Assembly (NCBI GenBank): GCA_964291675.2
Contig: OZ219865.1
Location: forward strand, 160,001 to 224,000
Direction: 5' to 3'
Length of the DNA stretch: 64,000 nucleotides
Source: Alphaproteobacteria bacterium
GTDB taxonomy: Bacteria > Pseudomonadota > Alphaproteobacteria > MPNO01
Part shown: positions 28,406 to 40,056 of the stretch, in pieces
How the letters are laid out: each line of letters begins with the position of its first letter
How positions within the stretch are numbered: position 1 is the first letter of the stretch
The notes under the pieces: model-generated
Told to the model about the DNA's origin: nothing
Database searches by the model: none
What the model saw: the letters and a program-made list of their open reading frames with translations, nothing else
Program-made: the position numbers and the translations under genes

Positions 28406-29956
28406 ATGAACACCCCCGCTCAGAACTGTTTTTCGGGTCCTGTTACCGTCTTTCAGGAACGGCGTATTCCCGTGCCAGCGACACCAGCGGGATACGCTGC
28501 GCTGGTCGGGGCATACAATCTGCGAGTGCCGCTTCCCCGGAACCTCAGCGCCATTGGTGAACGGCACAGGTTCATCGAGCAAGACGGCTGGCGCATCTAT
28601 TCACCGCGCTACACGCCGGACGCAAGCCTGGAAGGTCATCTCACCTTCGCTCTCAAATATGAAGGGCTGGACCTGGCCGTCCTCAAGAGGCTGTTTGTCG
28701 CGACCGGCCCGTCCCCTTTGGCCGACCTGGTCAAGGCCCAGCCAACAGGCGCCTACGCCCGGCGCATCTGGTTCCTCTATGAGTGGCTGACCGGAGCGCA
28801 GCTCGATCTCCCGAACGCCAGCAGGGGGGTCTACCCGCTAGTCGTCGATCCGAACCAGCAATATGCCGTCCCCGCGGAAACGTCCCCGCGGCACCGGGTC
28901 AAGAACAATCTGCCCGGCACGCCGGCTTTTTGTCCTTTGGTGTTCCGCACCGAAGCACTGGAGGGTTTCATCGCCACAGACCTGCAAGCACGCGCGCAGC
29001 AGGCCATTGCCGCCGTGCCGCGTGATCTGCTCGCGCGCACGGCTGCCTTTCTGCTTCTCAAGGACTCGAAGTCGAGCTTCGCCATTGAGGGCGAGCATCC
29101 TCCGCAGGACCGCATCCAGCGTTGGGCCCGCGCCATTGGCCAGGCCGGGCAGCAATCGATTGATCATGACGAACTCCTGCGTTTGCAACGCATCGTGATC
29201 GGAGACGACCGTTTCGTTCATCTCGGTCTCCGGGCCGAAGGCGGCTTTGTCGGTCAACACGACCGCGAATCGCGTATGCCGATCCCCGACCACATCAGCG
29301 CCCGATCGGATGATCTGCCGCAGCTGGTGGAAGGATTGGTCGCTTTCGACCGAGAATCCGCCCAACAGCTCGATCCGGTAGTTGCTGCATCGGTTCTGGC
29401 CTTCGGATTTGTCTACATCCATCCCTTTGACGACGGGAACGGCCGGCTGCACCGTTACCTGATTCACCACGTCCTGGCCCAGCGCGGTTTCAACCCGCCG
29501 GGACTCGCATTTCCGGTATCGGCGGCGATTCTGGACCGGATCGACGACTACCGTGCTGCGCTCGAAGATTACTCGCAACGCTTGCTGCCGTTCGTGCGGT
29601 GGGAACCGACGGAACACGGCAATGTTCGGGTGTTGAACGATACCGGCGACTATTACCGGTATTTCGATGCCACGCCGCAAACCGAGTTCCTGTTCAGCAG
29701 CGTGCAGCGGACTATCGAACTGGACTTGCCACAAGAAGCAGAATTTCTGAGGCGGTACGACGCGTTTCGGAACGACCTCAACCTGATCGTCGATATGCCA
29801 GATCGCCTGTCGGATCTACTCTTCCGATTCCTGCACCAAAATGCCGGTACGCTTTCTCGCCGCCGGCGGGAAAGGGAATTCGCTGCGCTGACAGACGACG
29901 AGGTCGCGCATATCGAAGCCATTTACCGGGAAGCATTCGCCGGCGACCAATGTTGA
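28406..29956 (+). CDS. Fic family protein
   Basis: HPFDDGNGRLHR Fic motif; SKSSFAIEGE inhibitory-helix-like motif. Confidence 0.92.
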   Translation: MNTPAQNCFSGPVTVFQERRIPVPATPAGYAALVGAYNLRVPLPRNLSAIGERHRFIEQDGWRIYSPRYTPDASLEGHLTFALKYEGLDLAVLKRLFVATGPSPLADLVKAQPTGAYARRIWFLYEWLTGAQLDLPNASRGVYPLVVDPNQQYAVPAETSPRHRVKNNLPGTPAFCPLVFRTEALEGFIATDLQARAQQAIAAVPRDLLARTAAFLLLKDSKSSFAIEGEHPPQDRIQRWARAIGQAGQQSIDHDELLRLQRIVIGDDRFVHLGLRAEGGFVGQHDRESRMPIPDHISARSDDLPQLVEGLVAFDRESAQQLDPVVAASVLAFGFVYIHPFDDGNGRLHRYLIHHVLAQRGFNPPGLAFPVSAAILDRIDDYRAALEDYSQRLLPFVRWEPTEHGNVRVLNDTGDYYRYFDATPQTEFLFSSVQRTIELDLPQEAEFLRRYDAFRNDLNLIVDMPDRLSDLLFRFLHQNAGTLSRRRREREFAALTDDEVAHIEAIYREAFAGDQC

Positions 29957-29998
29957 ACGCGAACAGAATCCAAATAACACCGGGATCGCCGTCAGGCG

Positions 29999-30619
29999 TT
30001 GCCTTCGTTCAATCCCTACCAAGCGCCCCGGAGTCTGCACGCCGTGTTAGATCATATCGTAGCAATCATTAACGATCTCGACGCAACCGATTGGATCGCA
30101 ATTGCCTCGATGCTGACGGCGGTCCTTGCCACGAGTGAAGCCTTCCGAAGCCGCCGCATCTCGTCCCGAATGTACGATATCGCCGTTCGTGAAAAACTCC
30201 GAACCGAAACACCTCTCGACGTCTATCTGGCGGACTCGCGCATCCTCCACGTCCCCAGGGAACAGCGCCGAGTCTATGTGTTCGAACTCTTGATCACGAA
30301 CAAGTCGGCGGCGCCCAATTCCATCAAGCAGTTATCGCTCTCCCTTGACTACGACCAACAGAATCGACCTGCATCGAATCTTGCGATTCAGCACGACCCA
30401 AAAGCTCTCGATACCTCTCCTACCGGCCAAGTGGGCAACGCTCTATCCGTACCCAGACTTATCGCTCCCGGCGAGGCCATCTCGGGAACCGCTCTCTTTC
30501 CCGTCGCCGATGTCATTTTGGAGCATGGGCCAGTCGAAATGTACACGGTACAGCTATTCGATGCTCACGACAGGGCTGCCGAATGCCAGGCAATCCTTCT
30601 GAAGGAAACCGAGTTGTGA
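29999..30619 (+). CDS. Hypothetical protein with an N-terminal hydrophobic helix
   Basis: Lower-GC ORF; DWIAIASMLTAVLA segment; stop overlaps the next start; start uncertain. Confidence 0.6.
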   Translation: MPSFNPYQAPRSLHAVLDHIVAIINDLDATDWIAIASMLTAVLATSEAFRSRRISSRMYDIAVREKLRTETPLDVYLADSRILHVPREQRRVYVFELLITNKSAAPNSIKQLSLSLDYDQQNRPASNLAIQHDPKALDTSPTGQVGNALSVPRLIAPGEAISGTALFPVADVILEHGPVEMYTVQLFDAHDRAAECQAILLKETEL

Positions 30620-31275
30620 AACCAAAGCGCAATATCGTCAAGATCCCCCTCCGAGACGCCACCGAGGCCGATCCGGTTCCGATCGTCGCCGACGGAGCCA
30701 TGGCCACGGCTCTTTGGGGCGAGGGCCGCATGATCCCGGTCTTGATAATCGACACGTCGACCCGGCCAGACGTCGAGAACTTCATCACCTCGCAGTATTG
30801 GGCGGAAATCGTCGGAGATACCGAATCCAGCTGGTCTTTCAAGAAACGCCCGAGAAGCCTTCCACGGCCGATCTTGCTACTGAACTTCATCAAACCAAGC
30901 CAGTGTCTCTTGATGATCGAGTTCGACCTTCCCCGCCAAGGCGTGCTGGTCGATCAAATCCTCTGGTCTCACGGCGTCTACTTGCAGCCGGGCCGGCCAG
31001 GCGACCGGCTGGCTACCACTCTCAAGAACCCGAGGATCACCGTCGAGGTGCCACCCAACGAGATATTCCGTGGAGAGTTCGAGAATGTTTACAAGAAAGC
31101 CGTATTTCGCCACTTGCGTAGCGAGGGGATGTCTCGCGCCCATGCGAAGCAGGCGGTCAACGCTTACCTCCGAATACAACGAGATGTCTTTCATCAGCGT
31201 GTTCCCTTCCGCCGCCCAAGCGACGACGCCGTGTCGGAGTTTCCAGATGAGACCACCGACTCCCGTTCGTCATAG
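30616..31275 (+). CDS. Hypothetical protein
   Basis: GTGA overlap with the upstream ORF; globular-protein-like composition. Confidence 0.62.
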   Translation: MKPKRNIVKIPLRDATEADPVPIVADGAMATALWGEGRMIPVLIIDTSTRPDVENFITSQYWAEIVGDTESSWSFKKRPRSLPRPILLLNFIKPSQCLLMIEFDLPRQGVLVDQILWSHGVYLQPGRPGDRLATTLKNPRITVEVPPNEIFRGEFENVYKKAVFRHLRSEGMSRAHAKQAVNAYLRIQRDVFHQRVPFRRPSDDAVSEFPDETTDSRSS

Positions 31276-31504
31276 AGATTAACCACGGCGCCGGGCTGCC
31301 GCGCCACCAATGCGACCGAAATCGCCTGATTCGCCTCCATCTTGTTGTGTTCCGGGAGTCTCTGACTTTCGACGTTCCGCGCTACCCGAAGGATGGTCCT
31401 GGAAGCGACAGCGACGATGAGGTCACCTCCATGGTGCCCACTCCCGATCGCACAGCCTCAAACGATCACTCTAGTTCGGGTAGGCGGCCCACGGCGGAGG
31501 GTTA

Positions 31505-31602
31505 CGTCAAGCTGCCCGCCGTGGCAGCCTGAGCGTCCCGGCCCAACCCGCCGGTTACCGGGACCGACGCCAGGCTCTTACGCCCAGTGACAAGACACAA
31601 TC
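31505..31602 (+). mobile_element. Degenerate right end of an IS256-family element
   Basis: VKLPAVAA* and the downstream sequence align with 33625-33722 of the intact IS256. Confidence 0.75.
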
Positions 31603-31693
31603 CACGCTCAGCGTGTAAGGGCAACGACACCCGATTCGCTATCATCACGACAGGCTGCGGCGGTACCGGTCGGAGCCGAGCGCCATTACGGCA

Positions 31694-31857
31694 TCTGTGG
31701 ATATGATGGACAAGCCGCTGCGCGCCTTGCCCACATTCCCACAGGCGCCACAGCAGCAACAGGAAGATCGATCCAAGGGGATTCTGGCGGCCTGAACTTC
31801 AACCGGAATACACCTTAGCTCGGCCGTCAGGCTGTCCGAAAAGGCGAGGCCACCTCA
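31694..31857 (+). mobile_element. Probable IS3-family right-end relic
   Basis: Tail VDMMDKPLRALPTFPQAPQQQQ...LAA* followed by ctgtccgaaaaggcgaggccacctca ending in CA. Confidence 0.45.
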
Positions 31858-32272
31858 GCAGATAGAGAGCCGGAGAGCGCTGTTTGGGCCTCAATTGACC
31901 TCTGCCAACTGGTCCACGTTTTATGATTCGGAGCTTGATCCGATGATGGGCCATGCCTTGCCCGATGCTATGTTTGGGTGGCGCGGCTCAGACAGGGGGA
32001 CACCGTAGCAGGCCCTCATTTTGTCGATTTCAGTCAGATAACGCGCCGCGATATCGTTCGGCCCGCCATCGGTCGTCATCGCAAGCAGCCTGCGCCTCAA
32101 CTCGGCGCAAGGTACCGACACTATGTTGTATGACCCCCTCCAGCTATCAGAGGGCACTTGCTTGGTTACCACGCGCTTGATCGTGATCTGTGAAGTGAAG
32201 TCTTGACCGTCTTCGAACTCAAATTGAATCAACAGCATGAGACCGTCCGCGTCGGGATTCTCAGCAACTGCC

Positions 32273-33722
32273 GGTCGTGTCCCCAGACGTGGTGTAGGAG
32301 CTCTGGCCTTGGTTTGTAGCTGTGGGTAAGCAGCGCGCCGCCGCGACCGCCGCGAGTCTGGCGGCGGCGGGCTGCTTATCCACAGCGGAGGCCATCGCGG
32401 TTCCGGTTTAGGGTTGGGTCGTGCAACGCCAACCCGAACCTGAGGAGGAACCGCGATGACCGACGACATGATGGCCCTGCGCGGGCTTTTGGAGAAGAGT
32501 TCCGACGCCGATCTGCTGCGCGAGATGATCGGCTTCTCGGCCGAGCGTCTGATGGCGCTGGAGGTGGAAGGGCTGACCGGCGCCGCCCATGGCGAGCGCA
32601 CGCCGGAGCGGATCACGCAGCGCAACGGCTACCGCGAGCGGGCCTGGGAGACCCGCGCCGGCACGGTGGCGCTGAGGATCCCGAAGCTCAGGACGGGGAG
32701 CTACTTCCCCGGCTTCCTGGAACCGCGCCGGATGGCCGAGAAGGCACTCACGGCGGTGATCCAGGAGGCCTACATCCAGGGCGTGTCGACGCGCTCGGTC
32801 GACGACCTGGTGCAGGCGATGGGGATGTCGGGCATCTCCAAGAGCCAGGTGTCCAGGCTGTGCGCCGAGATCGACGACAAGATCGAGAGCTTCCTCGACC
32901 GGCCGCTGGAGGGCGAGTGGCCCTATCTGTGGCTGGATGCGACCTATATCAAGATGCGCGAGATCGGGCGCATCGTCCCGGTCGCGGTGACCGTCGCGGT
33001 GGCGGTCAACGACCAGGGCCGGCGCGAGGTGCTCGGCATGGCGATCGGCCACTCCGAGGCCGAGACCTTCTGGACCGCCTTCCTGCGCGCGCTGACCGGC
33101 CGCGGGCTCAAGGGCGTCAAGCTGGTGATCTCCGACGACCACAAGGGGTTGAAGGCCGCCGCGACCCGCATCCTCGGCGCCACCTGGCAGCGCTGCCGCA
33201 TCCACTTCATGCGCAACCTGCTGGCCCATGCCGGCCGTCAGGGAAGGCGCGTCGTGTCTGCCTTCGTCGCCACCGCCTTCGCCCAGGACGACGCCCAGGC
33301 CGCGAGCGCCCAGTGGCGCCTGGTCGCCGACCAGCTCAGGCCCAAGGCGCCCAAGCTCGCCACCCTCATGGACGACGCCGAGCACGACGTCCTCGCCTAC
33401 ATGACCTTCCCCAGGGAGCACCGAACCAAGCTCCACTCGACCAACCCCATCGAGCGGGTCCATGCCGAGATCAAGCGCCGAACCAACGTCGTCGGCATCT
33501 TCCCCAACGAAGACGCCGTCACCCGCCTGGTCGGCGCCATCCTGCTCGAGCAGAACGACGAGTGGGCCGTCGCAAGGAGATACATGACACTGGAATCCAT
33601 CGCTCAGACCAGCGACAATCTCACCGTCAAGCCGCCCGCCGTGGCAGCCTGACCCTACCGGCCCAACACGCCGGATACCGCGATCGGCGCCGGGCTCTTA
33701 CACCACGTGGCGGGACACGATC
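32273..33722 (+). mobile_element. IS256-family insertion sequence (1450 bp)
   Basis: 24-bp TIRs matching 20/24 (ggtcgtgtccccagacgtggtgta vs gatcgtgtcccgccacgtggtgta); 8-bp TSD caactgcc at 32265-32272 and 33723-33730. Confidence 0.95.
32456..33652 (+). CDS. IS256 family transposase
   Basis: [48 protein letters not shown]. Confidence 0.97.
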   Translation: MTDDMMALRGLLEKSSDADLLREMIGFSAERLMALEVEGLTGAAHGERTPERITQRNGYRERAWETRAGTVALRIPKLRTGSYFPGFLEPRRMAEKALTAVIQEAYIQGVSTRSVDDLVQAMGMSGISKSQVSRLCAEIDDKIESFLDRPLEGEWPYLWLDATYIKMREIGRIVPVAVTVAVAVNDQGRREVLGMAIGHSEAETFWTAFLRALTGRGLKGVKLVISDDHKGLKAAATRILGATWQRCRIHFMRNLLAHAGRQGRRVVSAFVATAFAQDDAQAASAQWRLVADQLRPKAPKLATLMDDAEHDVLAYMTFPREHRTKLHSTNPIERVHAEIKRRTNVVGIFPNEDAVTRLVGAILLEQNDEWAVARRYMTLESIAQTSDNLTVKPPAVAA

Positions 33723-36700
33723 CAACTGCCTGTGCAAGGACCGAAAGGCCCGGCGGAGGTGGCACGCTCGCCAATGTACGATAAACACGTAGTCGCAGTT
33801 CGGAGTACTGATCCATCAAACTCGCTAGGCGTCTGCTCATGTCCGATGCGCCGCCTCTATCCGCTCGATCCAACACACCTCCCGCTATCAGGTCTACAAG
33901 ACGCGACGCAGCGGACATGGTTCCTCGGCCGCACACGGAATCACGCCATTCCCGGCTTGAATATAGCTGAGGCTCATTTTCTGCGAGCTGAAAGAGCGCG
34001 TCTTCTGCATCGTCTCCGGGCGCATATTGTAACGCGCCTACCACTTCTTCCAACACAGCCATTGTCCAGTGTGGTTGGGGTAGGTCTTTTAGGATGTCGA
34101 TAATCTCCGAAGGGCCATTTGTGAACGGAAGAGCCATCAGCAAATCCTGTAGCTCACGCCCCTGCATGAGAATCCAAGGTTGTTCTTCACCGGCTTCTAA
34201 CAACTCCGCAATGCCTTGCTTTACCAGTTCTACATCGATTAGCTCCCCAGAGAGGATGAGGTTGGTCAGGAGTGGCCCACGGCTCCGCCAGTCAACCATG
34301 TCGAGCAGGGCGTCAAATAAGTCTCTTCTCACGCCGTGTGGAAGGCCAGCAGCAACAGTGCCGAGGGCGACTGCACGATTCTTTGCGTCGTCCGTAGCCT
34401 TTTCAGCAATCAGCTTCTCCACGGCCGAGAAGATGGCATCGGCTTCCGCAGATGACACGTTTGGCTCTTTTTCTCTCGCTTCTCGCTTCTCGCCGATTCG
34501 AGAAAAATCCCTCGACCGTATCCACCACATGTCGTCGCGAGGTTCGTTTGTCTCTCGCCATTGACCTGCGAGTACCAATGCAGCTAGTTCGCCAAAGTCT
34601 TCATCAAACAGATAACTTTTCATCAACTCCGTTGTCTCAGGACAACGAATTGCAAGAAAGGCATTTTGGTACCAATTGATCCAAGACATTCGTGCTTCGT
34701 TTGTGGCGATACCCTCGCGGTAGCCCTCTGCGTGCGCTTGCTCCCTGAATGCTCGCCAGCGTCGCAATTCCTCGTTCAGCAGCCGCTCCAAGACTCCAAG
34801 CAGTCGCGGTGATGGCGCATGACCTGCTAGCGATGCCACCGAGGCGAGCTGCTCACGTGTTGAATCAGGCGAAGCTAGCAGCGCCTGCCCCCAGTCCTCT
34901 ACATACTTCGCAATTGTGTCGTGGGCTTCGACATTGAACGGCCGACCTCCCCTGTGAACTCCATCCCCTTGACGACGAATTAAATTCGTGAACTCACGTA
35001 TCTGGTGATTGCTCGCGTCCTTGGATCGCAAGCGGATTGCAGTAAGTAGATGCGTCGTCTTTGCGGATCCGATACGGCCCCTTATGACACTGTGGCGCTT
35101 AGCGGCCTCCTCATCATGCCTTCCATCGCGATCTTGCACCCGTTCTTCCAACTCCAACATCCGGTCAATCAACCGGCCCACCGCTTGAGGCCCGAGCAAC
35201 GACGCCGCGACATCGGCACGGTAATCGCGACGGCCCTCGGAGAGTGCAATGTCCAGAATGGCCTCATCCTCCACTGCAAACTCGGCTTCGGCCATAAGCT
35301 CGGCCGCCTGACCTGGAAGTTCGAGGCCCGCGCGCACGCGTGCAAGGATGCCTTCTGCCACGGCGCGCGGGAAGCGCTCACTCGCACCGTGAATGAGCTT
35401 TGCGACACCGTCGTTTCTTTCCGTGATTTCAGCTTCCGTAATCGCTATCGCTAGTTCAGCCTCTGTGTCGTCACCTTCCGGGCCATTGAGCAACGCGGAG
35501 ATTCGATCATAGGGCGGGAATCCCCGCGCCCGGCTCCGCTCACGTGCGGCCGCGAGCCTCTCTGCGACGCTACTTTTGGTTACGCGGTCGAATAGGTTCC
35601 TCTTTACCAATTGATCAAACACTTCGTTTTCAGCATCATGCAGCACGTCTATGATGTGTCGATCGGCCCGTCGGAACGCGAGCGCCTCGGCTACCGCTAC
35701 CCTCACTTCGGCTGCAGGATCAGTCTTGGCTACCGCCGCCGCGAGATCCAGTCCGTCCAGTCCACTGTCAAAAACTATTTCGGCAAGAATGCCTTCTCGA
35801 AGTTTTGCTGGGAGTGCTCGAATTCTGTCAGCCCCTTCGATACCTAATATTGAGGGTCGAAAGCGTCTGCTAGAACGTAGGGAGGCAATCTGGACTTGAT
35901 CGTCTACGTTCGTCATCAGTGGCCAGACGTACTCAAGGAAATCCTCGTGACCCGAAGTGAGCATGAATCTGACGGCATGATCGACCGTTCCGCGGGTATG
36001 CCAGCAATCAACAAAGCCCAGAACGTTCGATTTCACGCGCTGCCACACTGCGTCAGTGGATCGGTAGATCATTTCCGCGGAGAGGATAGGGTCCAGTTCA
36101 AGGGCAACAAGAATGGCTTCGCCGCAGGCCGCTTGCTCCGCCTCGTCTCCGCGCGCCAGTCGTTCACATGCAAATAGAATGGGTTCTTCCCACGCTCGCT
36201 GATCAAGAACGTCTGCCTTCAACTCACCGAGTGAGCGCTCATCGCTGACGCTCTGGCGCATTAGATTTTCCACGAAGTGAGAGGCATACCATTCCTGTAT
36301 TTGCTGGTGTTGGAACGAATAACCATGTGGTTTGTCGATTCTAATCAGAACATGGTGATCGACAAATATCTCAAGCACCTCACGGGGCTCGGGTCTGGCC
36401 GAAATCTGACCTTCCACAACGAAGACCTCACTGCTGTCCGAAATGGCGCTGCGTGCGGTGACCTCGACAATGGTTGTGTTCGCCGCGCGGGTCGCAGTAG
36501 CTCCTAAGTCTGCCAGGTACCGTTCGTGTAAGCCGTGCGTGACCTGTCTCAGCGCCTCAGCTTTCGGGTAGTCCCCTTCGTGAACCGCAACGAAATGTCG
36601 CAGAACCTCTTCTTTCGTCGACGGGATTGGTTTGCCTTCGGGAAGAGAGAGTAGCGCACTTAAGTACAAGGGGATCGTCACAAGTTCGCGCACGCCGGGC

Positions 36701-37796
36701 GTGCGCCACGCTTCATCTAGCAAGCGCTCGCCCGAGTCGCCACGCAACGCCCGAGCGATTTCAATCTGCTCTGTCTCGTTGAGCGATGGGAGAGATACCC
36801 GTTTGCCATCGATCGGAACATCAAGTGCTTGCTTGCGAGTCGCTATTAGCAGGTTGAGATCGGGCAGCTCCATTTTCAGCCGCCTAAGCTCGGCTGCCGC
36901 ACGTTGGCGTGAGTCGGCGTCCAGTTCGTTCCAGCCGTCTAGCAGCAGGAACACACCGGGGTTGGCTGCAATGCGTCGGAATTCGTTTTCTGCAACGCCT
37001 CGGAAGCTAGCTCGCTCCAAGATTGATTCGATCAGCGACAAGTCGCTCGTCGACCACTCGCCAAGAGGAACTACGATTGGCGATCCATACCCGTTCTCCA
37101 AGACTGCTTCAGCCAATTGAAACACCGCGGTCGTCTTGCCCATCCCGGGTTCGGCGACGACGACTAGATCGTCAAGGGTTGCAAGCGCCGCTGCCAGTCC
37201 TGATGTGCTGACTCGTTCATCAAGGCCATCCACTCGAAACGTCCTAGAGATTGCATTGGCCGACCAGGTGTCCGCGCGGCGAAAGGCTTCTAGATTTTTG
37301 ACGGCGACAACTCGCAGGACTTCATACATCTCGTCATCCCCAGGCTTGGGGATTGCACCCTCTTTCATCGGATCGAAATACGTGACACGGCGCCATGACC
37401 AAGCACTTGCGTTCCGCTTCCATTCGTGAAGTAACTCAACGGTGAACATCGGGTCTTGGCTATCCACAAGCCTGGCGTGTGTCTCACACAACCAAACTCC
37501 GTTACGTGCGGACTTTCGATCTTCTGGCGACATATCGGAATCGTATCGGGGGCCGCCAGGAGCCGCGGCGCATATGTGAGCAGCGACCCCAATATCGTTT
37601 ACGCCGTCGCCTTCTGAATTTGAACCGACGGTAGGCCGACGACACCAGGGGCAAGAACAGTGCCAGCCAGCTTGCTTTCCGATCTGGCGTCTTGTCGGCT
37701 CTGTAAAATTATCTCGCCTAGAAGTGCTCATTCGGTATCCACTTGCTCGCACAGCACACTGTCAACTGCTCCCCAACGGGCCTTATCGGCGCCGTC

Positions 37797-37960
37797 TCGA
37801 GCTGCCGCCTAATGGATTGCCGGCGAAGCCCCGCGAGCTGATAGCGCAACTTCTCGATGAGGAGGTGGCGGTTGCGTAGGTCGGCCTCTCGGGGGGAGAA
37901 TTCGGCCTGCGCTGAGCGCACCATGCCTTGAAGCGCGGAAACATATTCGGGCAGCGCGAC
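37797..37960 (-). mobile_element. Fragment of IS66 TnpC N-terminus
   Basis: RNRHLLIEKLRYQLAGLRRQ leucine-zipper-like segment typical of IS66 transposases. Confidence 0.45.
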
Positions 37961-38068
37961 CATGGCGGTATAGTAGCAGACCAAACCGCCTGTTATTATA
38001 CTCAACCTATTGTATATAAATGTTTTTCATCCTACCGCAAGCGGTCGCCAGGCGTGCCTCGACGCCCG

Positions 38069-38137
38069 ATCGCGGTAGGGACGGCCGTTGCCAGCCGCAC
38101 GGATCCGTACGTGTCCGACTAAGGCATACGGCTCCTA
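38069..38137 (-). ncRNA. Group II intron domain V-VI remnant (3' end only)
   Basis: Minus strand GGAGCCGTATGCCTTAGTCGGACACGTACGGATCC (DV with AGC triad) then ...GGCAACGGCCGTCCCTACCGCGAT ending in AT. Confidence 0.75.
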
Positions 38138-38546
38138 CTGCCTGTGTGTGACGAGGGAGCGTTGCTCCGGCCACGGGTGGGTCACCTTTCAGTCTCTTGC
38201 AACTCCGGGATTGCATTGTCCAAGTTCATTTTGAAGAGCCTACACGACCTTCTTGCCTCATACGCGATCCCGCATCCAGACCGGTAGCCGTGCGTCCGTC
38301 AGCCCCGCGGCTGTCCTCGGTTTTCCCAGTGCCATCCCGGTGGCTCCCAGAGTGCCCGTAATCGCATAGCAATCAGCTGAATTCCACAACCAGGCAGTTC
38401 GAGTCGTCGCCAGTCGCGCCCGGCCGGCGTTTCGGCGTCATGACCCGGCATCTCCAATGAGGCCTCCTTCAGCGTCTTCTTGACCTCGATTGTGGGCGAC
38501 GTCGACGCCGAATCGAAACCGCCTCTCCGGTCGCCTGAGCGGCATG

Positions 38547-38750
38547 CTAACGCGCAATCCCTCTGCGATATCGGGACACCTCGGCACCGGGCTCGAAGTC
38601 CCCTTCGATCCAGCTGACGAACTTCTCGGCGTGGCGCGGACAGGCGCCCTTGCTCGCAGGCGCCAGGTTCGATGTCCCCGACTCTGCCAGGTAATCCTCA
38701 AGGGCTTCCCGGACGTGGCTCACGCAGCGGGATACCGGCTTGGCTACCAT
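38547..38750 (-). CDS. Small hypothetical protein
   Basis: MVAKPVSRCVSHVREALEDYL...FVSWIEGDFEPG; protein-like composition. Confidence 0.35.
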   Translation of the reverse strand: MVAKPVSRCVSHVREALEDYLAESGTSNLAPASKGACPRHAEKFVSWIEGDFEPGAEVSRYRRGIAR

Positions 38751-38982
38751 CGTACCCTGCCTTGGTTGACGGGACGACAGAATAGCACGACCTGCCGTGA
38801 TCCATTGCTGCGCTGACCACGTGGCAGCGGGCGTGGCGGCGCGTGGAGACGGTCGATCGGCCTCGCGGTCAGGTTTCCCGTAAGCGTTCGGCCTGACCGG
38901 CCTTGTGGCGGGTCTGTGCGAAGCCGCAGTTTCCGATGCGATGGTCCAAAGGTCGATGGTGCCCGGAATACCGCTCCGGGGT

Positions 38983-39114
38983 CTGCCGCTCGCCTTCGGC
39001 CGGTTCCTCGGGCATAACCGCCATCGCACCACGGCGGGCTACGCCTGCCTTGCCGATGCGCACCTGGTCGAAGCGGCGGAGAAGTTCGGAGCATTCATCG
39101 CCGCCGCGATGACG
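38983..39114 (+). pseudogene. Tyrosine integrase C-terminal relic
   Basis: LPLAFGRFLGHNRHRTTAGYACLADAHLVEAAEKFG parallels LPAIGRLLGH...TTAKYAHL of the intact integrases. Confidence 0.65.
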
Positions 39115-39192
39115 AGTCAGCGCCCACGACCGATAACCCATCGACAACAGCACCGCAGCGCTCCTGGTCACGGAGCACGTCGAAAGCGCGCA

Positions 39193-39834
39193 TCAATCGG
39201 GCGCGGCCGTCTCGCCCGTGTAGAAGGCCGCCGTGCGCTGCGCCGCTGCGCGCGCAACGTCACGGTCCGTTCCCGCTGCCTCGGCCGCCCGGCCCCACGC
39301 CGCGCTGCTTCCGACGAGGAGCGCCCTTCCGTCACGGGTCGTGTGGAACGTTGCAGCGTCCAGCTTGGGTTCGTTCGGCCGCGCAAGATGCAGTTCCATC
39401 CCCAGCAGGCCCATCTCCCAACCGACGCCGACGGCACCGGGTCCGAACGTGTGCCAGTGGTCGGACATCAGCGCGGTATGCGTAATCGCAAGGCGCGAGC
39501 GGCCGGCACCATCGCTGCACAGACGCGCCTCCACCCAGCTCACGTCACCGCCGATCTCCCACGTCAGCCCGAGATGCGAGGGAGGCTCGCAGTGCATGAT
39601 CGTGCCGCCTGCGTTTCCCTCCAGCTGGTAGCGACCACCGGGTTCCAGGCGCCCGCTGACCGGCAGGAACCAGCGCGGGATTCGTTCCGCGCTCGTCACG
39701 GCGTCCCAGAGGTCCTCTGCCGTCGTCGCGTAGCTGCGGGCGAGGGTGACCGCGCGCGCGGCCTGTCCGTCACGCTCAAGGGACGACACTTCGCGCTCCA
39801 CGGCGTCGAGGAGGCATTCGACATCCAGGTCCAT
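39193..39834 (-). CDS. SRPBCC/AHSA1 (START-like) domain protein
   Basis: EDLWDAVTSAERIPRWFLPVSG...YQLEGNAGGTI...GPGAVGVGWE. Confidence 0.85.
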   Translation of the reverse strand: MDLDVECLLDAVEREVSSLERDGQAARAVTLARSYATTAEDLWDAVTSAERIPRWFLPVSGRLEPGGRYQLEGNAGGTIMHCEPPSHLGLTWEIGGDVSWVEARLCSDGAGRSRLAITHTALMSDHWHTFGPGAVGVGWEMGLLGMELHLARPNEPKLDAATFHTTRDGRALLVGSSAAWGRAAEAAGTDRDVARAAAQRTAAFYTGETAAPD

Positions 39835-40056
39835 GGCTTCTCCGTTTCGTCGAGCAGGGCGATTATCCATGTACATGCCACTGCGTACTGCAAATCGAGC
39901 CGCGTGGACGATGGCCTGGACCGCCCACGAGGTCGCAGACCGTCCGACAACCGCAAGTCGAGGCCCACCCAGTGGCGACAAGCCTCCTCGAAGCACGGCT
40001 CGGCGAAGTGGCGCGGCTGGACACGGTCGAGTTCATCCGGGCGCCGTTCCCGCCCG

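Larger units (their letters stand above)
31921..37731 (-). pseudogene. HNH endonuclease-NACHT/STAND NTPase protein (~1450 aa) interrupted by IS256
   Basis: N-terminal CSCPWC...AAHICAAAPGGPRY...NGVWLCETHARLVD; Walker A AEPGMGKTT; Walker B LLLDGWNE; removing the IS and one TSD restores LAQAVAENPDADGL in frame to the stop at 31921. Confidence 0.85.

Noticed and set aside
31921-32625. Independent 234-aa gene
   Set aside because: Chimera of IS256 antisense sequence and the severed C-terminus of the NACHT protein
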